Of a DNA stretch of 64,000 bases, positions 1-12,378 are shown piece after piece (within the stretch, counting starts at the first letter, position 1; every line of letters begins with the position of its first letter). The notes under the pieces are model-generated. The model was given only the letters and a program-made list of their open reading frames with translations, ran no database searches and was not told the DNA's origin. This stretch comes from Rhynchobatus australiae (Eukaryota): positions 49,743,860 to 49,807,859 of the forward strand of contig JAUZTB010000076.1 in NCBI GenBank assembly GCA_034780895.1, read 5' to 3'. The position numbers and the translations under genes are program-made.

Positions 1-1472
1 TTCAGTTTGAGTTCCCATCAAATTCCCCAACTCTTTGTTGAAAATATAACAAGTTCTAGTCCCTGAAGCTTAAGTTCTGTCAGATTTTTCAGCCTGGAGA
101 TAAGAAATTCTCTCTGCCCTTTTTTAAAATCCATCATCATCTCTTAACCATTGCAGCCACTGACTTGCTGGAAGACATTTGATATTTGATTGCATCTTTA
201 CAGACTATTTACTGACAGTTATGGTTCGTTTTAACAATTAATTGTTATTTTTGTTGCATGTATAATTACGCACATTTTTAAAATGAATGAATAATATTAA
301 ATTTGATAAACATTACAATAATTGGAATAACATTGTTGGAATGTGTTGTGTATCGAAATTGTTTGGTGATCTATCCCTTTTCTTGCCGGAATTGCTTTTC
401 TCCCCACCCTAAAATATGGAGCTGCTGATCCTTTCTCTTGAAATGGCAGGCAACATTGAGGACTTCCAGCTACTTGAGAAGTCTTTTGCTTGCTACCCGC
501 GGCAATAGCATAAAATTGTAGAGCAGAGGAGCAAGCGTTACAGCTGTTGGTCTAGCTGCAGAGAAATGCTATTGATTTAATCCCATTCAGCAGCCGTCAT
601 TAGATAATCTTTTAAATTTTTCATTCAATTACACATTCTTCACCCGTTTAAATACTCAACCAGTTTTCTTTTGAAATTATGAATTATATTTCCTGCAATG
701 TTTCTGGTTCGCTCACATTCCATATCCTAATTAACTTTCAGGTGGAAAAGTAAATGTTGTTCGAACCTTTTGCATTGTTGGTGGTAATCTTCAATTTGTG
801 CTTTCTTGTTACAAACTGAGTAACAAAAAATAGTTTTCTCTGCTGACTCCAATCAAAATTCTTAATATTTTTGTAAGCCTCCACCAGATTTTAATGAAAT
901 AACATGGAGAATCTTTAGCCTTTCCATGTATCTAAAGGATATAAAGACAGTTCCCAGGGATGTTCACTTGTATAACTTGTATATTTTCACAATGACCTTG
1001 ATTGGCTTACTAACTGAAGTGTTCTAACTGGGTGCAATGGCTTAAAATTTGCTGGGAATATAATACTTCACAGCACCCACTATTGCATGTGCATGTAAAT
1101 AAGCAGTAGTTTTCAGTGAGGAAAGGATTCACCAGAAGTCCATAAGTTGCAAATTGCTCTAAAGTCCAACACAAAATGTCATGATTTTAGGGATTTTGTT
1201 GTAGAAATAATGGTGAGGCTAACAACATTCACTTTATGTTGCAAATTGGACAACAATAGACAATGGGAGCATATTTGTGGTTAAACGTGGAGATCTGAAA
1301 GCTCCGTCTGAGGAGTACTATTCCTCTCGTCACGTCAGAATGATATCTTGCATGAAATTGCTCTGTGAAAACCATGGATAGTACTGAATTTGTAGTATAA
1401 TTACCCCATTAATGATGTGGTAGATACTGTCAAACGACGACTCTGGGTCTGAAAGTTTACTTTATAACTTAA

Positions 1473-2049
1473 TTGTTGCAGTTGTACAAGATGTTGGTGA
1501 GGCCGCATTTGGAATATTGTGTTCGGTTTTGGTCACCCTACTGTAGGAAAGATGCCTTTAAGCTGGAAAGATGCCATTCAGCTGGAAAGAGTGCAGAGGA
1601 AATTTACGAGGATATTGTCAGGATTAGAGGGACTGAGTTATGGAGAGAGGCTGAACAGGCTGGGACTTTATTCATTGGAGCATAGGAGAATAAGGGGTGA
1701 TCTTATAGAGGTGTAAAAAATTATAAGGGGTATAGATTGGGTGAATGAGCACAGTCCTTTTTCCTGTGTTGGGGAATGGACAACAAGATGACATAGGTTT
1801 AGGGTGAGAGGTGAGAGATTTAATAGGAATCTGAGGGCAACTTTTTCACCTAGAGGGTGGTCAGAAACTGGAATGAACTGCCAGAGGAAGTGGTTGAAGC
1901 CAGTACATTAACAACACTTAAGGCACTTTGATAGGTACATGGATTGGAAAGGTTTCAAGGGACATAGGCCAAACATGGATGGGAATCTTGATCGGCATGG
2001 ACCAGTTGTGCCAAAAGGCCTGTTTCCATGCTGTATGACTCTGTGACTC
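1473..2049 (+). mobile_element. CR1-clade LINE, 5'-truncated 3' end (frameshifted)
   Basis: Translates [19 protein letters not shown]...[44 protein letters not shown], the typical CR1 ORF2 C-terminus; ends in the short tandem tail tatgactc-tgtgactc. Confidence 0.93.
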
Positions 2050-5000
2050 GAAGTATATCATCATTCCTTCAGATTTCAATAATTGGGATTTTTTTTCTCT
2101 CTTGTCTCTTTCATTTTTCATTTAACTAATCTCGCTTTCTCCCTGTTAATTTGCTTTCTATACCTGATTCGGAAATTAATTCACCATTTTAACTTAAACT
2201 TGAGGATTCAGGGTGCATTGCTCATTCAATCTGGTTGAGGAGATGTGCAGTTCATTGTCTCATAGATCCCAAATGTCCTGTAGAGGGCACCATGCTATTA
2301 GAGTGCCCCACTGACAATAACATGAGAAGAAGAGTGTGAGATTGCAGCTGAACAAACTGCTGCTGCTCACAGCAACATCAGACCTACAGCAGTTCTTCTT
2401 AGCAACAAGCCTCCAGGAAGATTGGACCAATTTATTTAAAAAATGTTTTGTTTGCATCTTTCGCTTTCACACACCAGGCATGCTGCACATGATACAATGT
2501 GGCATGACATAGGTGAAGTTGTCAGGAAGCTGATATGACATGCAGTCACACAACAAATAAGTGGCGCTGGAAGACATTGCCACTTCGGCAGGTTGAGATG
2601 ATCATTGTACTCAAACAAATCAGCCATATTAATTTGAAATAGCAGTTTGTTCACTGAATATTGCTTCTACAATGTTGGAAAGTTGGAGATTCATACAGTG
2701 TCATTTGGGTGCAACATCTAAATGATTTTCTTCTGCCAAACTTGTATTGTTAAACATACCATGCCTGTAAATGAACTGTTAAATTGTCACGTCACTCTGG
2801 TTCCCCCTGGCAACATTTCTCCTTCAAAATAACATGAATAGAATAAAGATATAGGGAGTATATTTTGACACTTTGTCATGATTTTCAGATGTCCCCTGTG
2901 TTTAGTCATAAAAGAATTACAAATTACTTTGTTTTCCATTATATTTATGTTGGTAGTTCTTTGCTAAATCTAACAGTCATAAAACTATTTTGTTCCTCTA
3001 GCATCTTTTGTGACTTCACTTCAGAACAATTGTATATGAAGCCCTCTGAGATGTTCTAGTAGTGAAATCTAATTCCTTGGTGATATAACGTTGTTTTGTA
3101 AATTCACCATCAGCTATCACTTATAGAAAACAGTGATTTGCTTTCAATATTTTTAAAGCAAACAGTGAAAAATTGCACAATTGATTGTATGCCAAAAAAG
3201 TACATATTTTGTTTTCCATTGAACATAGATATGCATTTGCATTTGTTTATATATCATGGGATCAAATTATATATATTTGTTCTCATGTATATAAATTTGG
3301 TTGTTTACAGTTTACAGTGAACGGTTGTTTACAGAACAGTTACACTTTACAGTTTGGTGCATATTCTACCATTACATTTATGGGTATTGAAATAAAACTC
3401 TGAGATTGCTGCAATTAACTAAGTCTATTAAGCTGTCAGCAGCAGCTGTTATAGTTCTTGGGCTGATAGTAGTGGACAATGTTTATTTGCGGTCCTTTAG
3501 CTTTAGTCAGTTATTCCAGCATCAGTTTCAAAATGTGAATTTCATTGGAGTTGTCCTCTAGTGAGATAAGTAATTCATTTCTGCACATCACTGATTACGT
3601 TGCTGAGAGAAAAGCACCTGCTCCAGATTTCTACAGTGGTTCAACTTTTAAAATGGAGGTGTTCAATATGGACACTTACTTAGCCCAATGTCCCGGTTCA
3701 GAGTCTTAAAAATTGATATTGGGGCTGAATGTATGCACTCTGAGCTGCAGAACGACAGTAATTTATTCATTTGGATACGAGTCATGGAAATTTCCTTTTA
3801 CCAAGAGCCTTGACTATATTTGATGCCGCTGCGTTGCAGGGTTTTAGACTACCCTTGCATTAGCTGAAAATTGATGGTATTCAGTTTTGGGGTTATAGAG
3901 CGTAACTGGGATAATCATCATCCACAGGACCAGATGGCTGGGCATTACATAGGCTGGAGTGGATGCTTAAAAGCTAAAGAGTTTTCAGTGTCTTTTGTAA
4001 GAGAAGTATCCTTTGATTGTAAAACTTTGTTCAGGAAGTCAATCCTACCAAATGGAGTGTTTGATGTTGACGATTCAACTTAGTTAAATAATTATCTTCT
4101 CCTCACCTGGGTTGAGGATAATTAGCTTTGCCTGGATGTTCTTGCATTTCTGGAAAGTTGACTGTTTATGGGAGATTGAATATTCTTAGCCATTGTTGCT
4201 AATGCACACTGACAGAATCACGTCAAGTTCAGCTACAGGTGTTGAGACCTGTGTCAAACAGCACAGAATGTAATTTTTTTCAAAGAATAAATCATGGCAA
4301 AATACTGAGCTTTGAACTAATGGTGTAAATGTACTGAGACACACTAATTTCTTTCCTATATAAGTAAATAATTGCACTGCTTAATCTAGTTTATAGCTCT
4401 ACAAAGTGGCCAGTTTTTTGTAAAGGATTATTTGAAAACAGATCTCTGTAGTGGGAGTTAAAAGAATCAGAAGATTGCCACAGCGTGGAAAGAAATGTCT
4501 TTGNNNNNNNNNNNNNNNNNNNNNNNNTGTGGATATGAAAGATGAATTAGTGCATTTGTTTGATGATACAGTGTAAGGAAGTGTTTTCACTAATTTGTTC
4601 AGATCTGGTCATAAATTTGATCAGTAATACATCTGCATGGAAAATTACTTTACAACTATGTCTTGGAACTTTTCCACATTTTGTTGATTGGATAAGAGGA
4701 GCATGCAAATTGCCATGAGCAGCCTTGATTTTCTGTGTTAGTGTTTAAATTACATTTCTGCCCTGTTCTTGTCGTTTATGGAAACTGTTTTCCATTGTAT
4801 GTACCGATGTTCATCTTTTTTGTTCACAGAATATTTTCACTTTACAGTTCGGAGCTTGAGCTGTAACTGATGCCTAGTGATTTTTGTAAAATAAATTTTC
4901 CTTGCATATGTTAGGAGTTTGCAGAGACACTTTAAATGTAGGCTTTCACACTACTGCCTATAATGACATACAGGATGTCTTGGGGCCCATTGGTTCAAAG

Positions 5001-5574
5001 CCACAGTATGTGTCTAGCCTCATAAACTTACACCTTTTTAATTTCACAGAGCCAAGCTCCCACGTAAAAATATTGAAGGTCAAGATAGGCCTGAATGAAG
5101 TAGCACAATTTCATCTATGGGATACGAATTGTTAAATATATAACATAATACACTGCAATTTTTCCCATTATTAAGTGTGAAATAATTTCCAAATTCCTGA
5201 GAAGTTAATGTATTTAAATTGGGATTTCATGTAGGTGAATTTTGGCTGTGCTTCCTAAACCTTGACTACTTTTAGAACAAAAGCTTTTATCGATGCTATG
5301 CTTCTTTCCTTGAAGCCACAGGGATATTTTCTTTCTGTTGATATATGCGATTTAAACAAAAACGAATGAAAAGCTATCCTTCTTCTAAGTGTTATTGTTA
5401 TAATGGCTAGAACCTGCTACCAGTGGGGAGCCACCCTGCTCATCAGTACCCTCTGTGCAGCCACCCTAATTCAAAATGGTGAACCTCTACACAGCAACAG
5501 GAGCTGGCCATCAAATTGGGGTGGAGGAAAATCCAGCCCCATCCTGCAGAAGAGAGCAAAATTGACACAAAATT

Positions 5575-5945
5575 AGAACCTTTTGGAAGCACTGAGTGAG
5601 CAAGCAACATCATTGGAAAGAGGAATAAGTTTGTTGTTTCTGATCAGGAATGCTTCATTAGAATTGGAGAACACAAGTATATTTTAAATTGTGGAGAGGG
5701 AAGTGAGGGAATATCCATGACAGCATGTAGATAAAGTGGTCAAGGTAACTTTGCAATAATATTGCAATAACAACTTTGGTCTGCAACTGTCATGGGCACT
5801 CCCTCAATTTCCGCCACCTCTTCTCTCTCTGCAGCTTTGAAATGCTTGTTTTCCAGCTCTGTTTAAAGAAACATCACTTGAAATGTTGAAATGTTCTCTC
5901 TCTTGATACTGCTTGATCTGCTGAGTGCTTCTGGCCTTTTTTGTG
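5575..5945. mobile_element. Old fold-back (inverted) Penelope terminal-repeat-derived element
   Basis: The left arm resembles 20265-20450 and the right arm is its degenerate reverse complement (ccatgacag 5715-5723 / ctgtcatgg 5787-5795; centre ttgcaata-a-tattgcaa 5751-5767). Confidence 0.6.
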
Positions 5946-6861
5946 CCCCTGGTTTGGGCAATTGTCAAACTTGTCAGTGACTTGGAATGTTTCTAAAATT
6001 CAGAAGCATTCAAAAACCGAGAAATTATTAGAATTCAATTGAAGAATTTCAAAGATCTTAAATACAATTTAAAAGCAAATGCAATATGCTTCCAAATATT
6101 GGTAAATTTAAGCAAACTAAATTCCGAAAAAATGTTATCTTGTACCCATCGTGATCCCTTGCAACAACTACTGTCCAGTAAGTCGAATGGACCCGCTGTT
6201 CCTACACCAATCAAATGCAGATCCAGTGGTTTGACTATCCAGCATAGATGCTGGGGGAATTCCCACAAGTTTATGCCCTGCTAATTCATCTTTCTACTGC
6301 AAGTGGAGTTTGATGTCAACACACAATAGAGAATTGCTGCTCAGCATTCCTGTATTTCGTGGTGCTTAAAGTGAGAAACGTGGACAGCTCTACCTGAAAC
6401 TGCTGGCATTTCCCAGCAAGTTCCTGTCCATCAGAGGCAAATTTGGTTTATGATGATTACAGGCTGGGGCTTGCTCTGTTCAATATTATGGTTATCTCTA
6501 ACATGATTTGCTTCATGTTTCTGCATTAATAGAGCAGCCGGTAAACCCACAGTAGAGCTTTGTGCATTTATGAGTATTTTACTGCATATTCATATTTTTG
6601 TAATTAACTTTGCTCTAAAATGAAGAACAAACTGTTCTTTGTTTCATTAATATACTTTAAGCAACTTGAATAAAATATGCCAAGTACAAAGAAGTTGTGC
6701 TGAATAGAAATGTGGGAATGCTGTGCAGTAATTTTTGGAAGACTGCTTCAGTATTTGCCTGAAAAGTTAAAACAGTAGCTAGTTTCAATATTAATGTACT
6801 CTGACTGTGCAAGGCTTTATTCCCTCACAGCTGATTAATACTGTCTGTCAATTATTTACAG

Positions 6862-6905
6862 ATCCAGTGGTTACTTGGAAGTTCCCAGAGGACTTCAGAG
6901 ACCAG
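6862..6905 (+). CDS. DENND1B: DENND1B coding exon (44 nt), (D)PVVTWKFPEDFRDQ
   Basis: attatttacag|ATCCAGTGG...AGAGACCAG|gtttga; translation matches the DENND1B uDENN segment DPVVLWKFPEDFGDQ. Confidence 0.93.
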
Positions 6906-7314
6906 GTTTGAAACATGATTAACTTTTCCATAATATAATAGTTTTTCCTAGGTAGCTATGACAAGGCAGAGATGAATGAAGTCACTGAACAGATCGCTCA
7001 GATGTAACCTAAAGCAATTACAGCAGATAGAATAATGTTTAAAAAAACTCTAATGTTTTGCTTGATTAATGATAGGTGCCTTATTTTAATATTGATTTCA
7101 TTACTTTGTAGTGTAGTTCTTTCCTCACATACCTTAATTTCTTTCCAGGCATGCATGTCCCCTCATGGCCATAGTTTTAGTTGGCGGACAAGTAAGGGAG
7201 ATTGTGATGGACCTCGGAATATTATTTAGTAATTCTAATTGGAGTAACTTTTTTTTCATTATAATCAATCTGAGCAGCAGAACTTAAAAGGCTGATAACT
7301 GTTGACTGGTGACA

Positions 7315-7540
7315 TTGGGATGGGACAGGAGGAGACCATTCAGCCCTCTGAACCTGTTCCACTATTCAGTTAAATCACAACTGAATCAATATCTTTATCT
7401 ATCAACATCATTTTCATCTTCCTGAATATCCTCATCCAACTACAAAAAATATTGGTTTTGACATTTTCAATTGACATCCTCAGGAAGATGACAATCTCAC
7501 TCTGCTTCTTGACTACTCTGTGGGGAAGCTTCCTCAATTT
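7315..7540 (-). mobile_element. Decayed CR1 LINE 3' end
   Basis: ggaggagaccattcagccctctgaacctgttccactattcag matches the antisense CR1 tail also seen at ~33600, ~43140 and ~48790. Confidence 0.6.
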
Positions 7541-7679
7541 AGTCACAATCCTCAGAAGGATAGTGACGGGTCTGTGCAGGATTGAGTTTGTTGTATTTGG
7601 GTCTGGTTAAGTTTCATTCTAATCATCCATTTTTATAATGGCTTGGTACAAGGAACCAACCACAGCATTGTGGGTCTAG

Positions 7680-7865
7680 GGTTGCATATCTCCCAGATTT
7701 CTTTCATCAAAGAAAATAATGAACCAGATAGATTCTGACTGCAATCTATAAGTTTCATGGTCACCATTATTGATTTTTTTTTCTCTAGTTGAACTCTTTG
7801 ATTAAATGACTTGGAATTTCCCAGATGCAGTGGTTTAATTTGAACTTGTGCATCACCGACCTCGG
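7680..7865 (-). mobile_element. Decayed SINE fragment (same family as 57975-58220)
   Basis: Shares cagatttc.ttc..tgaacc...gtttc..cattac motifs with 58075-58160. Confidence 0.5.
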
Positions 7866-8529
7866 AACACAACTCTTCTGGGGATCCATGAGGCTTTAAC
7901 AATAGAGGAGATTGTTAGAAATTCCACAAATAAGTGAAAACATGGCTGGAAATGCACTCATTAGGCTATCAACAAATATAGCAAATCTGCATGGTTACTG
8001 CCAGAATAAACACCCAGATCTCCTTTCATATAAATACTGAACTGGTTTAATTACCATTTTGCTATACGATATTGAGACTAATCTTGAAAACAAAACTAAT
8101 TTTAAAATCCTCGTGTGTGTTTAATCTCTAAAATTTTTTTTTAAAAAGTTAAATACTACAGTTTGCTTGTATCTGATCCAGCTCTTTCTCAACATAACAG
8201 GAGGCATAATAATCTGCAAGCATCCAAGCTTTCCATAATAATGTTAAATGGTAGTTATAATTCATCAACCTTAACTATGCACATAGCAAGACATAACAAA
8301 GATGAAGCTTCTTCTATGGTTAGGGAAACTGAACTGCACACTGAAGCTTGTGGTTTTGGACAAGCCTCTGCTTTTCTTACTGTTTTAAAGAAAAATTCTG
8401 CTATCAGCACTGACATTAGTAAATGACAAATTGTGCTGCATGTATCACAGCCCATACCCAAAGCTCCTCTGGCTTGCTGTGTTGGTGAGAATTATATTTG
8501 AAAGATGCTAATCAAATGCCTTTCCCTAT

Positions 8530-8610
8530 TATCAGGATGCCCCATAGCATTTTACAGCCAATTCAATTATTCAGAATTGTAATCATTCGTTGTAATAAGG
8601 AAACATCTTA
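8530..8610 (-). mobile_element. Deu-type SINE 3' fragment
   Basis: ggatgccccatagcattttacagccaat matches ggatgccccacagtactttacagccagt at ~59142. Confidence 0.5.
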
Positions 8611-9704
8611 ATGTTTTTGTCCAAATCTTCAATTATTCACACAGCTTCTTCCTCCCTACTATCTTTTCTGTTTTATGAATTGCATGTCTCTCTTTGCACT
8701 CTCATCTGCAGAGATTGACTTCTCTCTCTCTCTGTCTCTCTCACCATTCTATCAGCCACTGTTCTCATTCAGCTCTGGAGCTCCCTCTATCACCATCTCC
8801 ATTTGACTTGTTCCTCTGTTTAAAAGTTGCCTTAACTTTTTTTGTTCCCCATGTGCAACATTCCCAAGTTATCCACAGCCTGGTAAAATACACTCGTGTT
8901 TCATCTCTCTACTGACTAGCTCTGTAGAAATGCTATTTGTTTTGGAAGTGAGGATAAAAATCAGATCTATTATTTATGAATAATGTAAATTAAAGTTAAA
9001 GATGTAATTCTGAGAGAGCCTTTATTTCCCATTTTGACTCACTTAGTGTAATTACATGATATTATGTAATGACATTTTAGTTGTCAGTTTTACCTGATAA
9101 ATTCTGATATTTTAAGCCTGATAGTTATGTAAGAAATCAAACTTGTACTGTCAGGGTGTGTCAACTAAAAACATCCTGGGGTGCTTTTAGTTGGGAGGTG
9201 AACATCACAAGCAAATATGACTGATAAGCCACAAAGTCATAGATTGGGGCGGGAAAAACCTTTGCAAAAGGATTTTTTTGTGTGCAATTTTTGCAACATT
9301 AAATGAACTGAGCTATGCAGGTAGGAAAATAAGGCTGAATGAGCTTGGGGAGATGGGGTGAGATGGAGGAATATTCTGATGAAGTCAAGATGCCTTTTGA
9401 GAACACAGATCCGTGGCTCTTTACTGAAAATAGTGTTTAGGATAAGTGATTCGAAGTGTAAGATTCACAATAGTGCACTTTGGCCATTTGTGAAGAATGG
9501 GAATTGAAAACTAAAAGGAGNNNNNNNNNNTTTTGAACAAAATCCGGACTGCAAAGAGAAGAGACAGATAGATTAGGTTTTCATTCCAAGAGACAGCCAA
9601 ACCTTTAGAATCATACAGAACTCTTAATTACAAACTGCTATATGACAGCACCAACTCGGACTTTGAACTCTCTGCTTTGTAGCTTGGAAGCTTCAGAATG
9701 TCAA

Positions 9705-9925
9705 AGTCGAATATATTGTCATAAGGGCAAGTACATGTATGTATAGATGCAGTGAAAGTCTAACTTGCATCAGCATCACAGGCACATAACATCACATAAG
9801 CAGCATTCACGAGAAAAACAAATTAAATGTAAATTACTCACAATTTTTACGAGAGAAAAAACACAAATAGAACAAACAAAATCAGAGTCCATTTTAGTTC
9901 AAAGTGATCAGAATGGTGCATAGTG
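9705..9925 (-). mobile_element. Rex1/Babar-type LINE 3' UTR fragment
   Basis: Colinear with 27175-27375 (caagtacatgta...cacaggcacat...gaaaa...agtccattttagt.caaa.tgatca). Confidence 0.75.
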
Positions 9926-10759
9926 TTCCAATCAATGCCAAGTTCAATCTCTGAAAATGCACTTAAAACCACCCTGCATTTATTGCAAAGAAAAATATGT
10001 ATGGTAGGAAGTGAAGAGGGAGGCAAAGGGAAGGAGTGGAAGAGGAACTGGCACCCAACCACTTGTCTTTTTGGTTATTTGCTCATCTCTAAAATTCTCT
10101 CCAAAGGCAGTGAGAATATGCGTGCTTCAGCAATTGGGCAGACGACAGTGTTGTGGAGACACAAGTGGTTTTGGGCCACTTGATGTTTGCTGAAGGGTCC
10201 AGCTTGGTCTGTACTGCACGGATATGAAGTTTACGTCAATGGGTGAAAGCACTGACACTGGTCATCTTACTGCTGATCATTTGAAGTCATTTAAGACCCA
10301 CGCAGCACTAGATATCTGACAGAAAAACTGAAGACACCCTTAGTGGGGATTAAAGGGAATGGCGGTGAGAGAGAGCACAATGAAAATGAGTGAACTGATA
10401 ACAATATCAGACAGCAGTGTGCAGCCGAGCTGGAGTGAGCTCAGTGATCTTATTGGGCTGACACTTGAGGGCAGGATACAATGTTTGCTGTGTGTGGAGA
10501 GGTAGAAGTTGAGCCATTGGAGAGTAATTGCACTGAATTGGATAATGGTGTAGCCAATTCGAGGTCTCCTCAGATATAAAATGAAAACCTGACCTGACTG
10601 TGACCTGAGTCCAAGGACTAATGACACATTTTCAGAAAAGGGGTATAAAGACTTGCTCTGTCATATGCACTTGATCAAGAACAGGGGACGCATGGTGATA
10701 CTTGCAAGGCACACTGAATTGAATGAAGCACGGCCTGATCCAAGGCAAACCTAAATAAT

Positions 10760-12378
10760 GACTGAGATCTTTCTATCCTCTTTAGCCATGGGCAAGGTCC
10801 CAGAGAACTGGAGAATAGTTAATATTGTCTGTTTGTTTAAGTAGGGCAATGGGGACAAACCAGGAAATTATAGAGACACAAAAGACTGCGGATACTGGAA
10901 TCTGGAGCAACACACAAAGTGCTGGAGGAACTCAGCAGGTCAGGCTGCATCTGTGGTGGGTAATGGACTGTCGACATTTCCGATTGAGATCCTTCATCTG
11001 GTCTGGAATAGGCTGTTGTGGAGTGGAGTGAAGTATATAGAATTATGAAAGGCTCAGATAGGAATAGATGGTCTTTTTCCCAGGGTCCAGATGAAGGGTC
11101 TTGACCTGAAACATCGACTGTCCATTTCCCACCATTGATGTTGCCTGACCTGNNNNNNNNNNNNNNNNNNNNNNNNNNNNNNNNNNNNNNNNNNNNNNNN
11201 NNNNNNNNNNNNNNNNNNNNNNNNNNNNNNNNNNNNNNNNNNNNNNNNNNNNNNNNNNNNNNNNNNNNNNNNNNNNNNNNNNNNNNNNNNNNNNNNNNNN
11301 NNNNNNNNNNNNNNNNNNNNNNNNNNNNNNNNNNNNNNNNNNNNNNNNNNNNNNNNNNNNNNNNNNNNNNNNNNNNNNNNNNNNNNNNNNNNNNNNNNNN
11401 NNNNNNNNNNNNNNNNNNNNNNNNNNNNNNNNNNNNNNNNNNNNNNNNNNNNNNNNNNNNNNNNNNNNNNNNNNNNNNNNNNNNNNNNNNNNNNNNNNNN
11501 NNNNNNNNNNNNNNNNNNNNNNNNNNNNNNNNNNNNNNNNNNNNNNNNNNNNNNNNNNNNNNNNNNNNNNNNNNNNNNNNNNNNNNNNNNNNNNNNNNNN
11601 NNNNNNNNNNNNNNNNNNNNNNNNNNNNNNNNNNNNNNNNNNNNNNNNNNNNNNNNNNNNNNNNNNNNNNNNNNNNNNNNNNNNNNNNNNNNNNNNNNNN
11701 NNNNNNNNNNNNNNNNNNNNNNNNNNNNNNNNNNNNNNNNNNNNNNNNNNNNNNNNNNNNNNNNNNNNNNNNNNNNNNNNNNNNNNNNNNATGTACTGAG
11801 AAAACTTGGGGTGCAAGTCTAGAGCTCTCTGAAAGTGGCAACAGAAGTGGATAGGGTAGTAAAGAAGGCGTACGGCATACTTGCTTTCACTGGCTGGGAC
11901 ATTGAGCATACAAGTCGGGAAGTCGTGTTGCAGCTGCAGAAAAACTTTTTGCGAGGCTGCATTTCGAGTACAGGTTGCCACATTACAGGAAGGATATAGA
12001 AGAGATTCAGCGGGATGTTGCCCAGATTAGAGAGTTTTAGCTAGAAGGAGAAGTTGGACAAACTTGGATTGTTTTCGCTGCAGCTTGAGAGGCTGAGGGT
12101 GACCTGAATTAATTGTGAATTAAAAGTGAATTGGGGAAAGTTTAAAGGAGATGTGCAAGGCAAGATTTTTTTTTACCCAGTGGTTGTTGCTGGAACGCGC
12201 TGCCAGGGGGAGTTGGCGGAAGCAGGTACAACAGCAACATTGAAGAGGCATGTAGAGAGACATGTGAACAGGTGGGAATAGAGGGATACAGACCACGTGC
12301 AGTTAGATGCGATCAGTTAGATTGGCACCTGGTCAGTGCAGACGTGGTGGGCCAAAGGGCCTGTACTGTTCTATGTTC
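10760..12378 (+). mobile_element. CR1 LINE remnant, interrupted by a Penelope-derived inverted repeat and an N gap
   Basis: 10760-10873 encodes SLAMGKVPENWRIVNIVCLFK*GNGDKPGNYR (CR1 ORF2 motif); 11791-12378 is the CR1 C-terminus and tail (ctgtactgttctatgttc). Confidence 0.85.
10874..11152. mobile_element. Inverted pair of Penelope terminal-repeat segments with hammerhead-like motifs
   Basis: The inner part of the left arm (10874-11004) is reverse-complementary to 11084-11152 (caggtcaggctgcatc...atggactgtcgacatttc...ccttcatctgg / ccagatgaagg...gaaacatcgactgtccat...gatgttgcctgacctg); the right arm runs into a gap. Confidence 0.8.

Noticed and set aside
10395-10620. L2-like RT remnant on the minus strand (LQWLNFYLS)
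   Set aside because: Only one short motif resembles L2; insufficient support.
10837-11981. Long ORFs of 239-334 aa in the ORF track
   Set aside because: They are mostly X residues from an N gap; the same applies at 12637-13206, 30144-30552 and 38104-39394.
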